Shown piece by piece: positions 28,480-39,978 of a DNA stretch of 64,000 nt (position 1 is the first letter of the stretch; every line of letters starts with the position of its first letter). The notes under the pieces are model-generated. The model saw only the letters and a list, made by a program, of their open reading frames with translations, was not told the DNA's origin and searched no databases. The stretch lies in assembly GCF_048403405.1 (NCBI RefSeq), contig NZ_CP183129.1; one strand, written 5' to 3'. The position numbers and the translations under genes are program-made. The DNA is from Escherichia coli. Its GTDB lineage: Bacteria; Pseudomonadota; Gammaproteobacteria; Enterobacterales; Enterobacteriaceae.

Positions 28480-29423
28480 TGAGTCGTCCTCGTCGTCGCG
28501 GTCGCGACATTAACGGCGTGTTGTTGCTGGATAAACCGCAGGGTATGTCCAGCAACGATGCGCTGCAAAAAGTGAAACGGATTTATAACGCCAACCGTGC
28601 TGGGCATACCGGTGCGCTGGACCCGCTGGCAACTGGCATGTTGCCAATTTGCCTCGGGGAAGCGACGAAGTTTTCCCAGTATCTGCTGGACTCCGACAAA
28701 CGCTATAGGGTGATTGCGCGTCTTGGACAGCGTACCGATACGTCTGACGCCGACGGACAAATCGTTGAAGAACGTCCGGTAACCTTTAGTGCAGAGCAAC
28801 TGGCGGCGGCGCTGGATACTTTCCGTGGCGATATCGAACAGATCCCTTCGATGTATTCAGCACTGAAATACCAGGGCAAAAAACTGTACGAATATGCGCG
28901 TCAGGGCATTGAAGTACCGCGTGAAGCGCGCCCGATTACCGTTTATGAATTGCTGTTTATTCGCCACGAAGGCAATGAGCTGGAGCTGGAAATTCACTGC
29001 TCAAAAGGCACTTATATCCGCACCATCATTGATGACCTGGGTGAAAAACTCGGTTGTGGCGCGCATGTTATTTACCTGCGTCGTCTGGCGGTAAGTAAAT
29101 ATCCGGTTGAACGGATGGTGACCCTGGAACATCTGCGTGAACTGGTTGAACAAGCCGAACAGCAGGATATTCCAGCCGCGGAGTTACTTGATCCATTACT
29201 GATGCCAATGGACAGTCCAGCTTCGGACTACCCGGTGGTGAATCTTCCGTTAACGTCTTCTGTTTACTTCAAAAATGGTAACCCGGTTCGTACATCCGGT
29301 GCGCCGCTGGAAGGACTGGTTCGCGTTACAGAAGGTGAGAACGGCAAGTTTATCGGTATGGGCGAAATTGACGATGAAGGCCGCGTCGCGCCTCGTCGCC
29401 TGGTGGTTGAATACCCGGCGTAA
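28479..29423 (+). CDS. truB: tRNA pseudouridine(55) synthase TruB
   Basis: 314-aa ORF, ATG overlaps the rbfA stop (TAATG); catalytic Asp context [12 protein letters not shown]. Confidence 0.97.
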
Positions 29424-29434
29424 TGTTAACCGTC

Positions 29435-29463
29435 TTGCGATAACAGGTCGCTACGAGTAGAAT
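29435..29463 (+). promoter_or_regulatory. Candidate sigma70 promoter of rpsO (-35 TTGCGA, 17-bp spacer, -10 TAGAAT)
   Basis: TTGCGA at 29435-29440 and TAGAAT at 29458-29463, about 110 bp upstream of the rpsO ATG. Confidence 0.5.
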
Positions 29464-29475
29464 ACTGCCGCTTAA

Positions 29476-29841
<366 letters not shown>

Positions 29842-29861
29842 TTCTTGCGAGTTTCAGAAAA

Positions 29862-29886
29862 GGGGGCCTGAGTGGCCCCTTTTTTC
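29862..29886 (+). terminator. rpsO intrinsic terminator
   Basis: GGGGCC-TGAGT-GGCCCC hairpin followed by TTTTTTT, 20 nt after the rpsO stop. Confidence 0.8.
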
Positions 29887-30087
29887 AAGCTGACGGCAGC
29901 AATTCACTGGAAACTAATGTATTGTTGCTATGAATGATCTTCCGTTGCAGAGGTTCGCGCGGCTAATGAGAGGCTTTACCCACATTGGGCTGGGTTAGGG
30001 TTGTCATTAGTCGCGAGGATGCGCAGAAGATCGGGTATTAACACCAGTGCCGTAAGGTACTGTCTAAGAAAGAGAAAGGATATTACA

Positions 30088-32223
30088 TTGCTTAATCCGA
30101 TCGTTCGTAAATTCCAGTACGGTCAACACACCGTGACTCTGGAAACCGGCATGATGGCTCGTCAGGCTACTGCTGCTGTTATGGTTAGCATGGATGACAC
30201 CGCGGTATTCGTTACCGTTGTTGGTCAGAAAAAAGCCAAACCAGGTCAGGACTTCTTCCCACTGACCGTTAACTATCAGGAGCGTACCTACGCTGCTGGT
30301 CGTATCCCGGGTAGCTTCTTCCGTCGTGAAGGCCGCCCAAGCGAAGGCGAAACCCTGATCGCGCGTCTGATTGACCGCCCGATTCGCCCGCTGTTCCCGG
30401 AAGGCTTCGTCAACGAAGTTCAGGTTATCGCCACCGTGGTTTCTGTTAACCCGCAGGTTAACCCGGATATCGTCGCGATGATTGGTGCTTCCGCAGCACT
30501 GTCTCTGTCTGGTATTCCGTTCAATGGTCCGATTGGTGCTGCCCGCGTAGGTTACATCAATGACCAGTACGTACTGAACCCGACTCAGGACGAGCTGAAA
30601 GAGAGCAAACTGGATCTGGTTGTTGCCGGTACTGAAGCCGCTGTACTGATGGTTGAATCTGAAGCTGAACTGCTGAGCGAAGACCAGATGTTGGGCGCAG
30701 TAGTGTTCGGTCATGAACAACAGCAGGTTGTCATTCAGAACATCAATGAACTGGTGAAAGAAGCCGGTAAACCGCGTTGGGACTGGCAGCCGGAGCCGGT
30801 AAACGAAGCGCTGAACGCGCGCGTTGCTGCACTGGCTGAAGCTCGTCTGAGCGATGCTTACCGCATCACCGACAAACAAGAGCGTTATGCGCAGGTTGAT
30901 GTCATCAAATCTGAAACCATCGCGACGCTGCTTGCTGAAGATGAAACCCTGGACGAAAACGAACTGGGTGAAATTCTGCACGCTATCGAGAAAAACGTTG
31001 TTCGTAGCCGCGTACTGGCAGGCGAACCGCGTATCGACGGTCGTGAAAAAGATATGATTCGTGGTCTGGATGTGCGTACTGGCGTGCTGCCGCGTACTCA
31101 CGGTTCTGCGCTGTTCACCCGTGGTGAAACTCAGGCGCTGGTTACCGCAACGCTGGGTACTGCACGTGACGCGCAGGTTCTTGATGAACTGATGGGCGAA
31201 CGTACTGACACCTTCCTGTTCCACTACAACTTCCCTCCGTACTCCGTAGGCGAAACCGGCATGGTCGGTTCTCCGAAGCGTCGTGAAATTGGTCACGGTC
31301 GTCTGGCGAAGCGCGGCGTGCTGGCAGTCATGCCGGATATGGACAAATTCCCGTACACCGTACGTGTTGTGTCTGAAATCACTGAATCCAACGGTTCCTC
31401 TTCTATGGCTTCCGTGTGCGGCGCGTCTCTGGCGCTGATGGACGCAGGTGTGCCGATCAAAGCTGCTGTTGCGGGTATCGCAATGGGTCTGGTGAAAGAA
31501 GGCGACAACTACGTTGTACTGTCTGACATTTTGGGCGACGAAGATCACCTGGGCGATATGGACTTCAAAGTTGCGGGTTCCCGCGACGGTATCTCTGCAT
31601 TGCAGATGGATATCAAAATTGAAGGTATCACCAAAGAGATCATGCAGGTTGCGCTGAACCAGGCTAAAGGTGCGCGTCTGCATATCCTGGGCGTAATGGA
31701 ACAGGCGATCAACGCGCCGCGTGGCGATATCTCTGAGTTCGCTCCGCGTATCCATACCATCAAGATCAACCCGGACAAGATCAAAGACGTTATCGGTAAA
31801 GGCGGTTCTGTTATCCGTGCTCTGACCGAAGAAACTGGCACCACCATCGAAATCGAAGATGACGGTACTGTGAAAATCGCAGCGACCGACGGCGAGAAAG
31901 CGAAACATGCTATTCGTCGTATCGAAGAGATCACTGCAGAAATCGAAGTGGGCCGCGTCTACAATGGTAAAGTGACCCGTATCGTTGACTTTGGCGCATT
32001 TGTTGCCATCGGCGGCGGTAAAGAAGGTCTGGTACACATCTCTCAGATCGCTGACAAACGCGTTGAGAAAGTGACCGATTACCTGCAGATGGGTCAGGAA
32101 GTACCGGTGAAAGTTCTGGAAGTTGATCGCCAGGGCCGTATCCGTCTGAGCATTAAAGAAGCGACTGAGCAGTCTCAACCTGCTGCAGCACCGGAAGCTC
32201 CGGCTGCTGAACAGGGCGAGTAA
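30088..32223 (+). CDS. pnp: Polynucleotide phosphorylase
   Basis: 711 aa from TTG 30088 ([31 protein letters not shown]...), with RNase PH, KH and S1 domains; PNPase is known to use a UUG start; ORF-track start 30001 is an upstream extension. Confidence 0.96.
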   Translation: MLNPIVRKFQYGQHTVTLETGMMARQATAAVMVSMDDTAVFVTVVGQKKAKPGQDFFPLTVNYQERTYAAGRIPGSFFRREGRPSEGETLIARLIDRPIRPLFPEGFVNEVQVIATVVSVNPQVNPDIVAMIGASAALSLSGIPFNGPIGAARVGYINDQYVLNPTQDELKESKLDLVVAGTEAAVLMVESEAELLSEDQMLGAVVFGHEQQQVVIQNINELVKEAGKPRWDWQPEPVNEALNARVAALAEARLSDAYRITDKQERYAQVDVIKSETIATLLAEDETLDENELGEILHAIEKNVVRSRVLAGEPRIDGREKDMIRGLDVRTGVLPRTHGSALFTRGETQALVTATLGTARDAQVLDELMGERTDTFLFHYNFPPYSVGETGMVGSPKRREIGHGRLAKRGVLAVMPDMDKFPYTVRVVSEITESNGSSSMASVCGASLALMDAGVPIKAAVAGIAMGLVKEGDNYVVLSDILGDEDHLGDMDFKVAGSRDGISALQMDIKIEGITKEIMQVALNQAKGARLHILGVMEQAINAPRGDISEFAPRIHTIKINPDKIKDVIGKGGSVIRALTEETGTTIEIEDDGTVKIAATDGEKAKHAIRRIEEITAEIEVGRVYNGKVTRIVDFGAFVAIGGGKEGLVHISQIADKRVEKVTDYLQMGQEVPVKVLEVDRQGRIRLSIKEATEQSQPAAAPEAPAAEQGE

Positions 32224-32231
32224 GGTTGCCA

Positions 32232-32260
32232 TTTGCCCTCCGCTGCGGCGGGGGGCTTTT
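32232..32260 (+). terminator. Candidate intrinsic terminator after pnp
   Basis: GCCCTCCGC-TGC-GGCGGGGGGC hairpin (one mismatch) followed by TTTT. Confidence 0.5.
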
Positions 32261-32331
32261 AACCGGGCAGGACGCCTTGTTAGCAACCGGGAACAGGACG
32301 TTCATTCAACCGTGGTCTTCGGGAGTGGGAA

Positions 32332-33216
32332 ATGAAGCCTTTTTTGCGCTGGTGTTTCGTTGCGACAGCACTTACGCTTGCAGGATGCAGTAATACTTCC
32401 TGGCGTAAAAGTGAAGTCCTCGCGGTACCATTGCAACCGACTTTACAGCAGGAAGTGATTCTGGCACGTATGGAACAAATCCTTGCCAGTCGGGCTTTAA
32501 CCGATGACGAACGCGCACAGCTTTTATATGAGCGCGGAGTGTTGTATGATAGTCTCGGTCTGAGGGCATTAGCGCGTAACGATTTTTCGCAAGCGCTGGC
32601 AATCCGACCGGATATGCCTGAAGTATTCAATTACTTAGGCATATATTTAACGCAGGCAGGCAATTTTGATGCTGCCTATGAAGCGTTTGATTCTGTACTT
32701 GAGCTTGATCCAACTTACAACTACGCGCACTTGAATCGCGGGATCGCATTATATTACGGCGGTCGTGACAAGTTAGCGCAAGATGATCTGCTGGCGTTTT
32801 ATCAAGACGATCCCAATGATCCTTTCCGTAGTCTGTGGCTTTATCTCGCCGAGCAGAAGCTCGATGAGAAGCAGGCTAAAGAAGTGTTGAAACAGCACTT
32901 CGAAAAATCGGATAAGGAACAGTGGGGATGGAACATTGTCGAGTTCTACCTGGGCAACATTAGCGAACAAACGTTAATGGAAAGGCTCAAGGCGGACGCA
33001 ACGGATAACACCTCGCTCGCTGAGCATCTCAGTGAAACCAACTTCTATTTAGGTAAGTACTACCTAAGTCTGGGGGATTTGGACAGCGCCACGGCACTGT
33101 TCAAACTGGCGGTTGCCAACAACGTTCATAACTTTGTTGAGCACCGATACGCATTGTTGGAATTATCGCTCCTGGGCCAGGACCAAGATGACCTGGCAGA
33201 ATCGGACCAGCAATAG
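32332..33216 (+). CDS. nlpI: TPR-repeat outer membrane lipoprotein NlpI
   Basis: 294-aa ORF with lipobox LAGC near the N-terminus and TPR repeats. Confidence 0.96.
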
Positions 33217-33322
33217 CTGACGTACACATCAGCCCGTAATCTTTTTTGATTGCCATCACCTTAACGGGTGAGGGCGTTGTTGTTCGTTAATACACCTACT
33301 TTGAGCCGGTTCACACTTTTCA

Positions 33323-33403
33323 ATGAAAATTGCTGATCAATTTCATGATGAGTTATGTAGACTGGCCGCCATTAATTTTGAGGCACACGTACTACATGGC
33401 TGA
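33323..33403 (+). CDS. yrbN: Small ORF (26 codons) overlapping the deaD start, candidate YrbN
   Basis: ATG 33323 to TGA 33401-33403 encodes [26 protein letters not shown]; its stop overlaps the deaD ATG (ATGGCTGA); position corresponds to the annotated E. coli small protein YrbN, recalled from memory. Confidence 0.5.
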
Positions 33404-35285
33404 ATTCGAAACCACTTTTGCAGATCTGGGCCTGAAGGCTCCTATCCTTGAAGCCCTTAACGATCTGGGTTACGAAAAACCATCTCCAATTCAGGCAGAG
33501 TGTATTCCACATCTGCTGAATGGCCGCGACGTCCTGGGTATGGCCCAGACGGGGAGCGGAAAAACTGCAGCATTCTCTTTACCTCTGCTGCAGAATCTTG
33601 ATCCTGAGCTGAAAGCACCACAGATTCTGGTGCTGGCACCGACCCGCGAACTGGCGGTACAGGTTGCTGAAGCAATGACGGATTTCTCTAAACACATGCG
33701 CGGCGTAAACGTGGTTGCCCTGTACGGCGGCCAACGTTATGACGTGCAATTACGCGCCCTGCGTCAGGGGCCGCAGATCGTTGTCGGTACTCCGGGCCGT
33801 CTGCTGGACCACCTGAAACGTGGCACTCTGGACCTCTCTAAACTGAGCGGTCTGGTTCTGGATGAAGCTGACGAAATGCTGCGCATGGGCTTCATCGAAG
33901 ACGTTGAAACTATTATGGCGCAGATCCCGGAAGGTCATCAGACCGCTCTGTTCTCTGCAACCATGCCGGAAGCGATTCGTCGCATTACCCGCCGCTTTAT
34001 GAAAGAGCCGCAGGAAGTGCGCATTCAGTCCAGCGTGACTACCCGTCCTGACATCAGCCAGAGCTACTGGACTGTCTGGGGTATGCGTAAAAACGAAGCA
34101 CTGGTACGTTTCCTGGAAGCGGAAGATTTTGATGCGGCGATTATCTTCGTTCGTACCAAAAACGCGACTCTGGAAGTGGCAGAAGCCCTTGAGCGTAACG
34201 GCTACAACAGTGCCGCGCTGAACGGTGACATGAACCAGGCGCTGCGTGAGCAGACACTGGAACGACTGAAAGATGGTCGTCTGGACATCCTGATTGCGAC
34301 CGACGTTGCGGCCCGTGGCCTGGACGTTGAGCGTATCAGCCTGGTAGTTAACTACGATATCCCGATGGATTCTGAGTCTTACGTTCACCGTATCGGTCGT
34401 ACTGGTCGTGCGGGCCGTGCTGGCCGTGCGCTGCTGTTCGTTGAGAACCGTGAGCGTCGTCTGCTGCGTAACATTGAACGCACCATGAAGCTGACCATTC
34501 CGGAAGTTGAACTGCCGAACGCAGAACTGCTGGGCAAACGTCGTCTGGAAAAATTCGCCGCTAAAGTACAGCAGCAGCTGGAAAGCAGCGATCTGGATCA
34601 ATACCGTGCACTGCTGAGCAAAATTCAGCCGACTGCAGAAGGTGAAGAGCTGGATCTCGAAACTCTGGCCGCCGCACTGCTGAAAATGGCACAGGGTGAA
34701 CGTACTCTGATTGTTCCGCCAGATGCGCCGATGCGTCCGAAACGTGAATTCCGTGACCGTGATGACCGTGGTCCGCGCGATCGTAACGACCGTGGCCCGC
34801 GTGGTTACCGTGAAGATCGTCCGCGTCGTGAACGTCGTGATGTTGGCGATATGCAGCTGTACCGCATTGAAGTGGGCCGCGATGATGGTGTTGAAGTTCG
34901 TCATATCGTTGGCGCGATTGCTAACGAAGGTGACATCAGCAGCCGTTACATTGGTAACATCAAGCTGTTTGCTTCTCACTCCACCATCGAACTGCCGAAA
35001 GGTATGCCGGGTGAAGTGCTGCAACACTTTACGCGTACTCGCATTCTCAACAAGCCGATGAACATGCAGTTACTGGGCGATGCACAGCCGCATACTGGCG
35101 GTGAGCGTCGTGGCGGTGGTCGTGGTTTCGGTGGCGAACGTCGTGAAGGCGGTCGTAACTTCAGCGGTGAACGCCGTGAAGGTGGTCGTGGTGATGGTCG
35201 TCGTTTTAGCGGCGAACGTCGTGAAGGCCGCGCACCGCGTCGTGATGACTCTACCGGTCGTCGTCGTTTCGGTGGTGATGCGTAA
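33396..35285 (+). CDS. deaD: Cold-shock DEAD-box RNA helicase DeaD (CsdA)
   Basis: 629 aa from ATG 33396 ([33 protein letters not shown]...), motifs [25 protein letters not shown] and RGG-rich C-terminal tail; ORF-track start 33330 is an upstream extension. Confidence 0.97.
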
Positions 35286-35309
35286 TCATCGCTAAACAGC
35301 GAACACAAT

Positions 35310-35386
35310 CTGTAAAATAATATATACAGCCCCGATTTTTACCATCGGGGCTTTTTTTCTGTCTTTTGTACTCGTGTACTGGTACA
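35310..35386 (+). promoter_or_regulatory. mtr control region: candidate TyrR box and TrpR operator
   Basis: TGTAAA-ataata-TATACA (35310-35327) resembles a TyrR box (TGTAAA-N6-TTTACA); GTACTCGTGTACTGGTACAG (35367-35386) is a trp-operator-like GTAC repeat about 55 bp upstream of the mtr ATG; mtr is known to be TrpR- and TyrR-regulated. Confidence 0.5.
35326..35358 (+). terminator. Intrinsic terminator after deaD
   Basis: AGCCCCGAT-TTTTACC-ATCGGGGCT hairpin followed by TTTTTTT. Confidence 0.8.
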
Positions 35387-35438
35387 GTGCAATACATAAC
35401 AACGCAGTCGCACTATTTTTCACTGGAGAGAAGCCCTC

Positions 35439-36683
35439 ATGGCAACACTAACCACCACCCAAACGTCACCGTCGCTGCTTGGCGGCGTGGTGATTATCGG
35501 CGGCACCATTATTGGCGCAGGGATGTTTTCTCTGCCTGTGGTCATGTCCGGGGCGTGGTTCTTCTGGTCAATGGCGGCGCTGATCTTTACCTGGTTCTGT
35601 ATGCTGCATTCCGGCTTGATGATTCTGGAAGCTAACCTGAATTACCGAATCGGTTCTAGCTTTGACACCATCACCAAAGATTTGCTGGGCAAAGGCTGGA
35701 ATGTAGTCAATGGCATTTCCATTGCCTTTGTGCTCTATATCCTGACTTACGCCTATATTTCTGCCAGCGGTTCGATTCTGCATCACACCTTCGCGGAGAT
35801 GTCGCTGAACGTCCCTGCACGGGCAGCGGGTTTTGGTTTTGCACTACTGGTGGCGTTTGTGGTGTGGTTGAGCACCAAAGCGGTCAGCCGGATGACGGCG
35901 ATTGTGCTGGGGGCGAAAGTTATTACCTTCTTCCTCACTTTCGGTAGCCTGCTGGGACATGTGCAGCCTGCGACATTGTTCAACGTCGCCGAAAGCAATG
36001 CGTCTTATGCACCGTATCTGTTGATGACCCTGCCGTTCTGTCTGGCGTCGTTTGGTTATCACGGTAACGTGCCAAGCCTGATGAAGTATTACGGCAAAGA
36101 TCCGAAAACCATCGTGAAATGCCTGGTGTACGGTACGCTGATGGCACTGGCGCTGTATACCATCTGGTTGCTGGCGACGATGGGCAACATCCCTCGTCCT
36201 GAGTTTATTGGCATTGCCGAGAAGGGTGGTAACATTGATGTGCTGGTACAGGCATTAAGCGGCGTGCTGAACAGCCGTAGCCTGGATCTTCTGCTGGTCG
36301 TGTTCTCAAACTTTGCGGTAGCGAGTTCGTTCCTTGGCGTAACGCTGGGTTTGTTTGACTATCTGGCAGATCTGTTTGGTTTCGACGACTCGGCTATGGG
36401 CCGTTTGAAAACAGCGTTGCTGACCTTTGCCCCGCCTGTTGTGGGTGGCCTGCTGTTTCCTAACGGATTCCTGTACGCCATTGGTTATGCTGGCTTAGCG
36501 GCTACCATCTGGACGGCAATTGTTCCGGCGCTGTTGGCCCGCGCATCGCGTAAACGCTTTGGTAGCCCGAAATTCCGCGTCTGGGGCGGCAAGCCGATGA
36601 TTGCGCTGATTCTGGTGTTTGGCGTTGGCAACGCACTGGTGCATATTTTATCGAGCTTTAATTTGCTGCCGGTGTATCAGTAA
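35439..36683 (+). CDS. mtr: Tryptophan-specific permease Mtr
   Basis: 414-aa polytopic [45 protein letters not shown]... of the HAAAP aromatic amino acid permease family. Confidence 0.96.
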   Translation: MATLTTTQTSPSLLGGVVIIGGTIIGAGMFSLPVVMSGAWFFWSMAALIFTWFCMLHSGLMILEANLNYRIGSSFDTITKDLLGKGWNVVNGISIAFVLYILTYAYISASGSILHHTFAEMSLNVPARAAGFGFALLVAFVVWLSTKAVSRMTAIVLGAKVITFFLTFGSLLGHVQPATLFNVAESNASYAPYLLMTLPFCLASFGYHGNVPSLMKYYGKDPKTIVKCLVYGTLMALALYTIWLLATMGNIPRPEFIGIAEKGGNIDVLVQALSGVLNSRSLDLLLVVFSNFAVASSFLGVTLGLFDYLADLFGFDDSAMGRLKTALLTFAPPVVGGLLFPNGFLYAIGYAGLAATIWTAIVPALLARASRKRFGSPKFRVWGGKPMIALILVFGVGNALVHILSSFNLLPVYQ

Positions 36684-36689
36684 TCAGCG

Positions 36690-36795
36690 GTGCCTTATCC
36701 GCCATTTCTGCTGCCTACACAATGCCTGATGCGCTTCGCTTATCAGGCCTATATAGGACAGCGTTGCCAGCCCGATAAGGCTTCCCGCGTTAAGA
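36690..36795. repeat. REP/BIME element cluster between convergent mtr and yhbW
   Basis: Contains TGCCTGATGCGCTTCGCTTATCAGGCCTAT and flanking GCC/GGC palindromic units typical of REP sequences. Confidence 0.75.
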
Positions 36796-36799
36796 CACA

Positions 36800-37807
36800 C
36801 TATCCCAACAACTCTTCCTTAACATCCATCGCCAGTTCAAACGAATGCAGGCGCGCCTGGTGATCGAAAATCTGCCCGTTAACCATAATCTCATCGGCGT
36901 CGGTTTCGCGCAGGATCGACTGCAAGCCGTGACGCACTTTCGCTTTATCACCCACCAGCGACATACTCAGCGCCTGCTGCACGCCATACTGCTCGGACGG
37001 TGACCAGAACTGATCCATATTTTGAATCGGCGGCGGCAGTTGCCCGGTTTCGCCACGGCGCAGCTTCACAAAGGCTTGCTGCATTGAGGTAAACAGAAAT
37101 TCAGCGTCGCGGTTGCTGTCGGCGGCGATAATATTGATGCACACCATCGCATACGGTTTTTCCAGCCGTGCCGACGGTTTGAAGTTGCTGCGATAAAGAT
37201 GCAGCGCCTGGAACAACATATCCGGCGCGAAGTGTGAGGCAAACGCAAACGGCAGACCAAGCTGCGCCGCCAATTGCGCGCTGTAAAGGCTGGAGCCTAA
37301 CAACCACACGGGGATTTTCTCGCCATAGCCTGGTACCGGGCGCACATGCGGATTGGGATCGCGGGCGTCAAACCAGTCCACCAGCTCCGCGACATCGCGG
37401 GGAAAATTATCAATATCGCCGCTCATATGACGACGTAGAGCCATCATGGTTCGCTGGTCACTACCCGGAGCACGACCCAGCCCCAAATCGATTCGCCCCG
37501 GATAGAGCGTATTAAGCGTGCCGAACTGTTCGGCGATCACCAATGGTGAGTGATTAGGCAACATCACGCCGCCAGACCCCAGATGCAGCGTAGTGGTATT
37601 CGCCGCCAGATAGCCAATCAAAACTGATGTTGCAGCACTGGCAATGCCGGTCATATTGTGGTGTTCCGCCAGCCAGTAGCGATGATAGCCGCGCTTTTCA
37701 GCCAGACGGGCGAGGTCGAGAGAGTGGGAGAACGCTTCTCGCGCTGAAGAACCTTCGGGAATGGGGGCCAGATCGAGTAGCGAAAACGCAATGGTTTTAT
37801 CAGTCAT
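36800..37807 (-). CDS. yhbW: Luciferase-like monooxygenase family protein YhbW
   Basis: 335-aa [54 protein letters not shown]... Confidence 0.93.
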   Translation of the reverse strand: MTDKTIAFSLLDLAPIPEGSSAREAFSHSLDLARLAEKRGYHRYWLAEHHNMTGIASAATSVLIGYLAANTTTLHLGSGGVMLPNHSPLVIAEQFGTLNTLYPGRIDLGLGRAPGSDQRTMMALRRHMSGDIDNFPRDVAELVDWFDARDPNPHVRPVPGYGEKIPVWLLGSSLYSAQLAAQLGLPFAFASHFAPDMLFQALHLYRSNFKPSARLEKPYAMVCINIIAADSNRDAEFLFTSMQQAFVKLRRGETGQLPPPIQNMDQFWSPSEQYGVQQALSMSLVGDKAKVRHGLQSILRETDADEIMVNGQIFDHQARLHSFELAMDVKEELLG

Positions 37808-37887
37808 AACAGCTCACTTTGTTACCGATTAATCTTTAATACTGCATTAAAGAGTAGTTAAAGTTGTTAACAAAGTGAGCTATTTAC

Positions 37888-38766
37888 TTACGCTTGCAGC
37901 TCCAGCCCGGCCAGCCGACGCCAGTAGCCGTTACAATCGCTGTTTGCCGTCAACGGCAGTGGCGCAGCGCCATTTTCATTGGCGCGGAAGGCGTCGAGTA
38001 TCGCGAAAGTGTCAGTACCCTGCGGTGACAGGCGGACCACATCAACCAGCCCCTGCATGGATGCCAGCTCGTTACCGAGGTTGTAAACGTAGCCGCTCAT
38101 GGTCTGAATGCCGTTGAGTACAAACACTTGTTGGTTTTCCTGCGACAGCACGTTGCGCCCGTTCGGATACTTAATGCAGCAGGTTTCGCACTCATCTTTC
38201 GGGCGGTCTTCCGAACGCGCGGTAAAGCAGCGGGCGGAGTAGGCCAGCGGCAGATGACCGTAGCTCAGGACTTCCACTTCAAACTGGTTGCGAATGCCCA
38301 GCTCATCGCACTGATTAAGCAGATTCACCAGCCAGTCGCGGGAAAGCTCCACCGGCATACACCAGCGCATCATGCCCTGTTTGAGCAATATTTTCAGTGT
38401 CACCGCGTTGTAGCAGTTCAGCGCGTGCCCGGCGACGAACGGCAGTTTGCGTTCAGCGCACATATTCACCACGCCGAGATCGCTGGCTTCAATCAGAAAC
38501 TCACCGTTCTCAACATAGCGTTTCAGTTCGCCCAGTTCAGAGGATGCCTGCACCAGCGCCAGCGTGGAGAGCACAATCTGCTTACCACTTCCGGCGAGTG
38601 ATTTTGCCATCTCCAGCCAGTCGCCAACTTTGGTTGCCCGGCGCTTGCTGCATACCGCTTCACCAAGATAAATCACGTCGGCGCTGCTGGCGGCGGCCTG
38701 CTGATAAAATTCTTCCAGCGTCTCTTTTGGCCAGTACCACAGCACTGGCCCTAAGGAATATTTCAT
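37888..38766 (-). CDS. ubiV: U32-family peptidase-like protein UbiV (YhbV), O2-independent ubiquinone biosynthesis
   Basis: 292 aa from ATG at 38764-38766 (MKYSLGPVLWYWPKETLEEFYQQAAASSADVIYLGE...); ORF-track start 38784 is an upstream extension. Confidence 0.92.
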   Translation of the reverse strand: MKYSLGPVLWYWPKETLEEFYQQAAASSADVIYLGEAVCSKRRATKVGDWLEMAKSLAGSGKQIVLSTLALVQASSELGELKRYVENGEFLIEASDLGVVNMCAERKLPFVAGHALNCYNAVTLKILLKQGMMRWCMPVELSRDWLVNLLNQCDELGIRNQFEVEVLSYGHLPLAYSARCFTARSEDRPKDECETCCIKYPNGRNVLSQENQQVFVLNGIQTMSGYVYNLGNELASMQGLVDVVRLSPQGTDTFAILDAFRANENGAAPLPLTANSDCNGYWRRLAGLELQA

Positions 38767-38774
38767 TGCTTTTC

Positions 38775-39770
38775 TCACTGCCATTTACGGTGATACGCGC
38801 CAAGGGTGGTCTGCGTGCCTTCGGACATCGACCCGAGCGTCTCCATCCACGCGCTTTGCGGTACGAAGTTTTGCGGATCGGCCTTACAACGGTCGATAGC
38901 CTGACGCCAGACTTTCGCCACCTGGCTGACATACGCCGGGCTACGCTGGCGGCCTTCAATTTTCACCGAAGCAATATTCGCCGCCATTAACTCCGGCAGC
39001 AGTTCCAGGGTATTGAGACTGGTGGGTTCTTCCAGCGCGTGATAGCGCTCGCCGTCCACCAGATAACGCCCTTTACACAGCGTCGGATAACCTGCGTTTT
39101 CGCCATCCTGATAACGGTCGATCAGCACTTCGTTCAGGCGGGATTCCAGCCCCTGCGGCGTTTGTTGCCAGCGCACGAAACGGGCCGGAGAACACGCACC
39201 CACAGTGTTGGGCGACTCACCCGTCAGATACGACGACAGATAGCAACGCCCTTCCGACATAATGCACAGGCTGCCGAAAGCAAACACTTCCAGCGGGACA
39301 GGTGTGACCCGAGCCAGTTGTTTCACCTGATGAATCGACAACACGCGCGGCAGCACCACGCGTGCAACGTCAAAATGGCGATGATAAAAGTTAATCGCCT
39401 CTTCATTGGTCGCCGAAGCCTGCACCGATACGTGACGTTCAATATGCGGGTAACGCTCGGCGGCGTACTCCAGCATGGCGAGGTCGGCGAGGATCAGCGC
39501 GTCGGCACCCAGCTGCGCCGCCATATCCACGGCGCGCTGCCAGCGGGCGTAACCGTCCGGATGCGCAAAAGTGTTAATCGCGATGTGAAGTTTGCGGCGA
39601 TGTTGATGGACAAAACTCACCGCTTCCTGCAATTTTTTCTCGGTAAAGTTAAGGCCGGCGAAGTGACGGGCATTGGTATCATCTTTTAGCCCGATATAAA
39701 CAGCATCTGCGCCGTTTTCGATGGCCGCCTTAAGCGCCGGGAGATTTCCGGCAGGGCAGAGCAGCTCCAT
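38775..39770 (-). CDS. ubiU: U32-family peptidase-like protein UbiU (YhbU), O2-independent ubiquinone biosynthesis
   Basis: 331 aa from ATG at 39768-39770 (MELLCPAGNLPALKAAIENGADAVYIGLKDDTN...), conserved Cys cluster; ORF-track start 39797 is an upstream extension. Confidence 0.92.
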   Translation of the reverse strand: MELLCPAGNLPALKAAIENGADAVYIGLKDDTNARHFAGLNFTEKKLQEAVSFVHQHRRKLHIAINTFAHPDGYARWQRAVDMAAQLGADALILADLAMLEYAAERYPHIERHVSVQASATNEEAINFYHRHFDVARVVLPRVLSIHQVKQLARVTPVPLEVFAFGSLCIMSEGRCYLSSYLTGESPNTVGACSPARFVRWQQTPQGLESRLNEVLIDRYQDGENAGYPTLCKGRYLVDGERYHALEEPTSLNTLELLPELMAANIASVKIEGRQRSPAYVSQVAKVWRQAIDRCKADPQNFVPQSAWMETLGSMSEGTQTTLGAYHRKWQ

Positions 39771-39978
39771 AATTTTTCCTGAAGGTTGCGCTATCAAAGC
39801 GCAAAAATGTTAACGAACTGGGATTTTAGTTAACCTTGCTGCGACAATTTTTGATTTAAGGCAGTTAAAGTTGTATTGGTGGTAGCAGCAATTTCATATG
39901 GAATTGTTGATTTATACCGCTATGTTATTTTTCTGATATGGCAAAATAGGATGATTGTTGAAACAGGGAGTAAAACTC

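Noticed and set aside
30064-32286. 740-aa ORF on the minus strand exactly antisense to pnp (similar long antisense ORFs at 14556..16043 opposite ftsH, 23921..25390 opposite nusA, 33750..35027 opposite deaD, 26603..27622 opposite infB)
   Set aside because: These mirror highly expressed sense genes whose codon usage avoids codons that are stop codons on the reverse complement. The translations are low-complexity and Arg/Val/His-rich with no recognisable domains. They are treated as shadow ORFs, not genes.
39771-39978. Canonical FNR box (TTGAT-N4-ATCAA) in the ubiUV/ubiT divergent promoter region
   Set aside because: Not found by eye despite known anaerobic induction; only partial half-sites (TTGATTT) are present.
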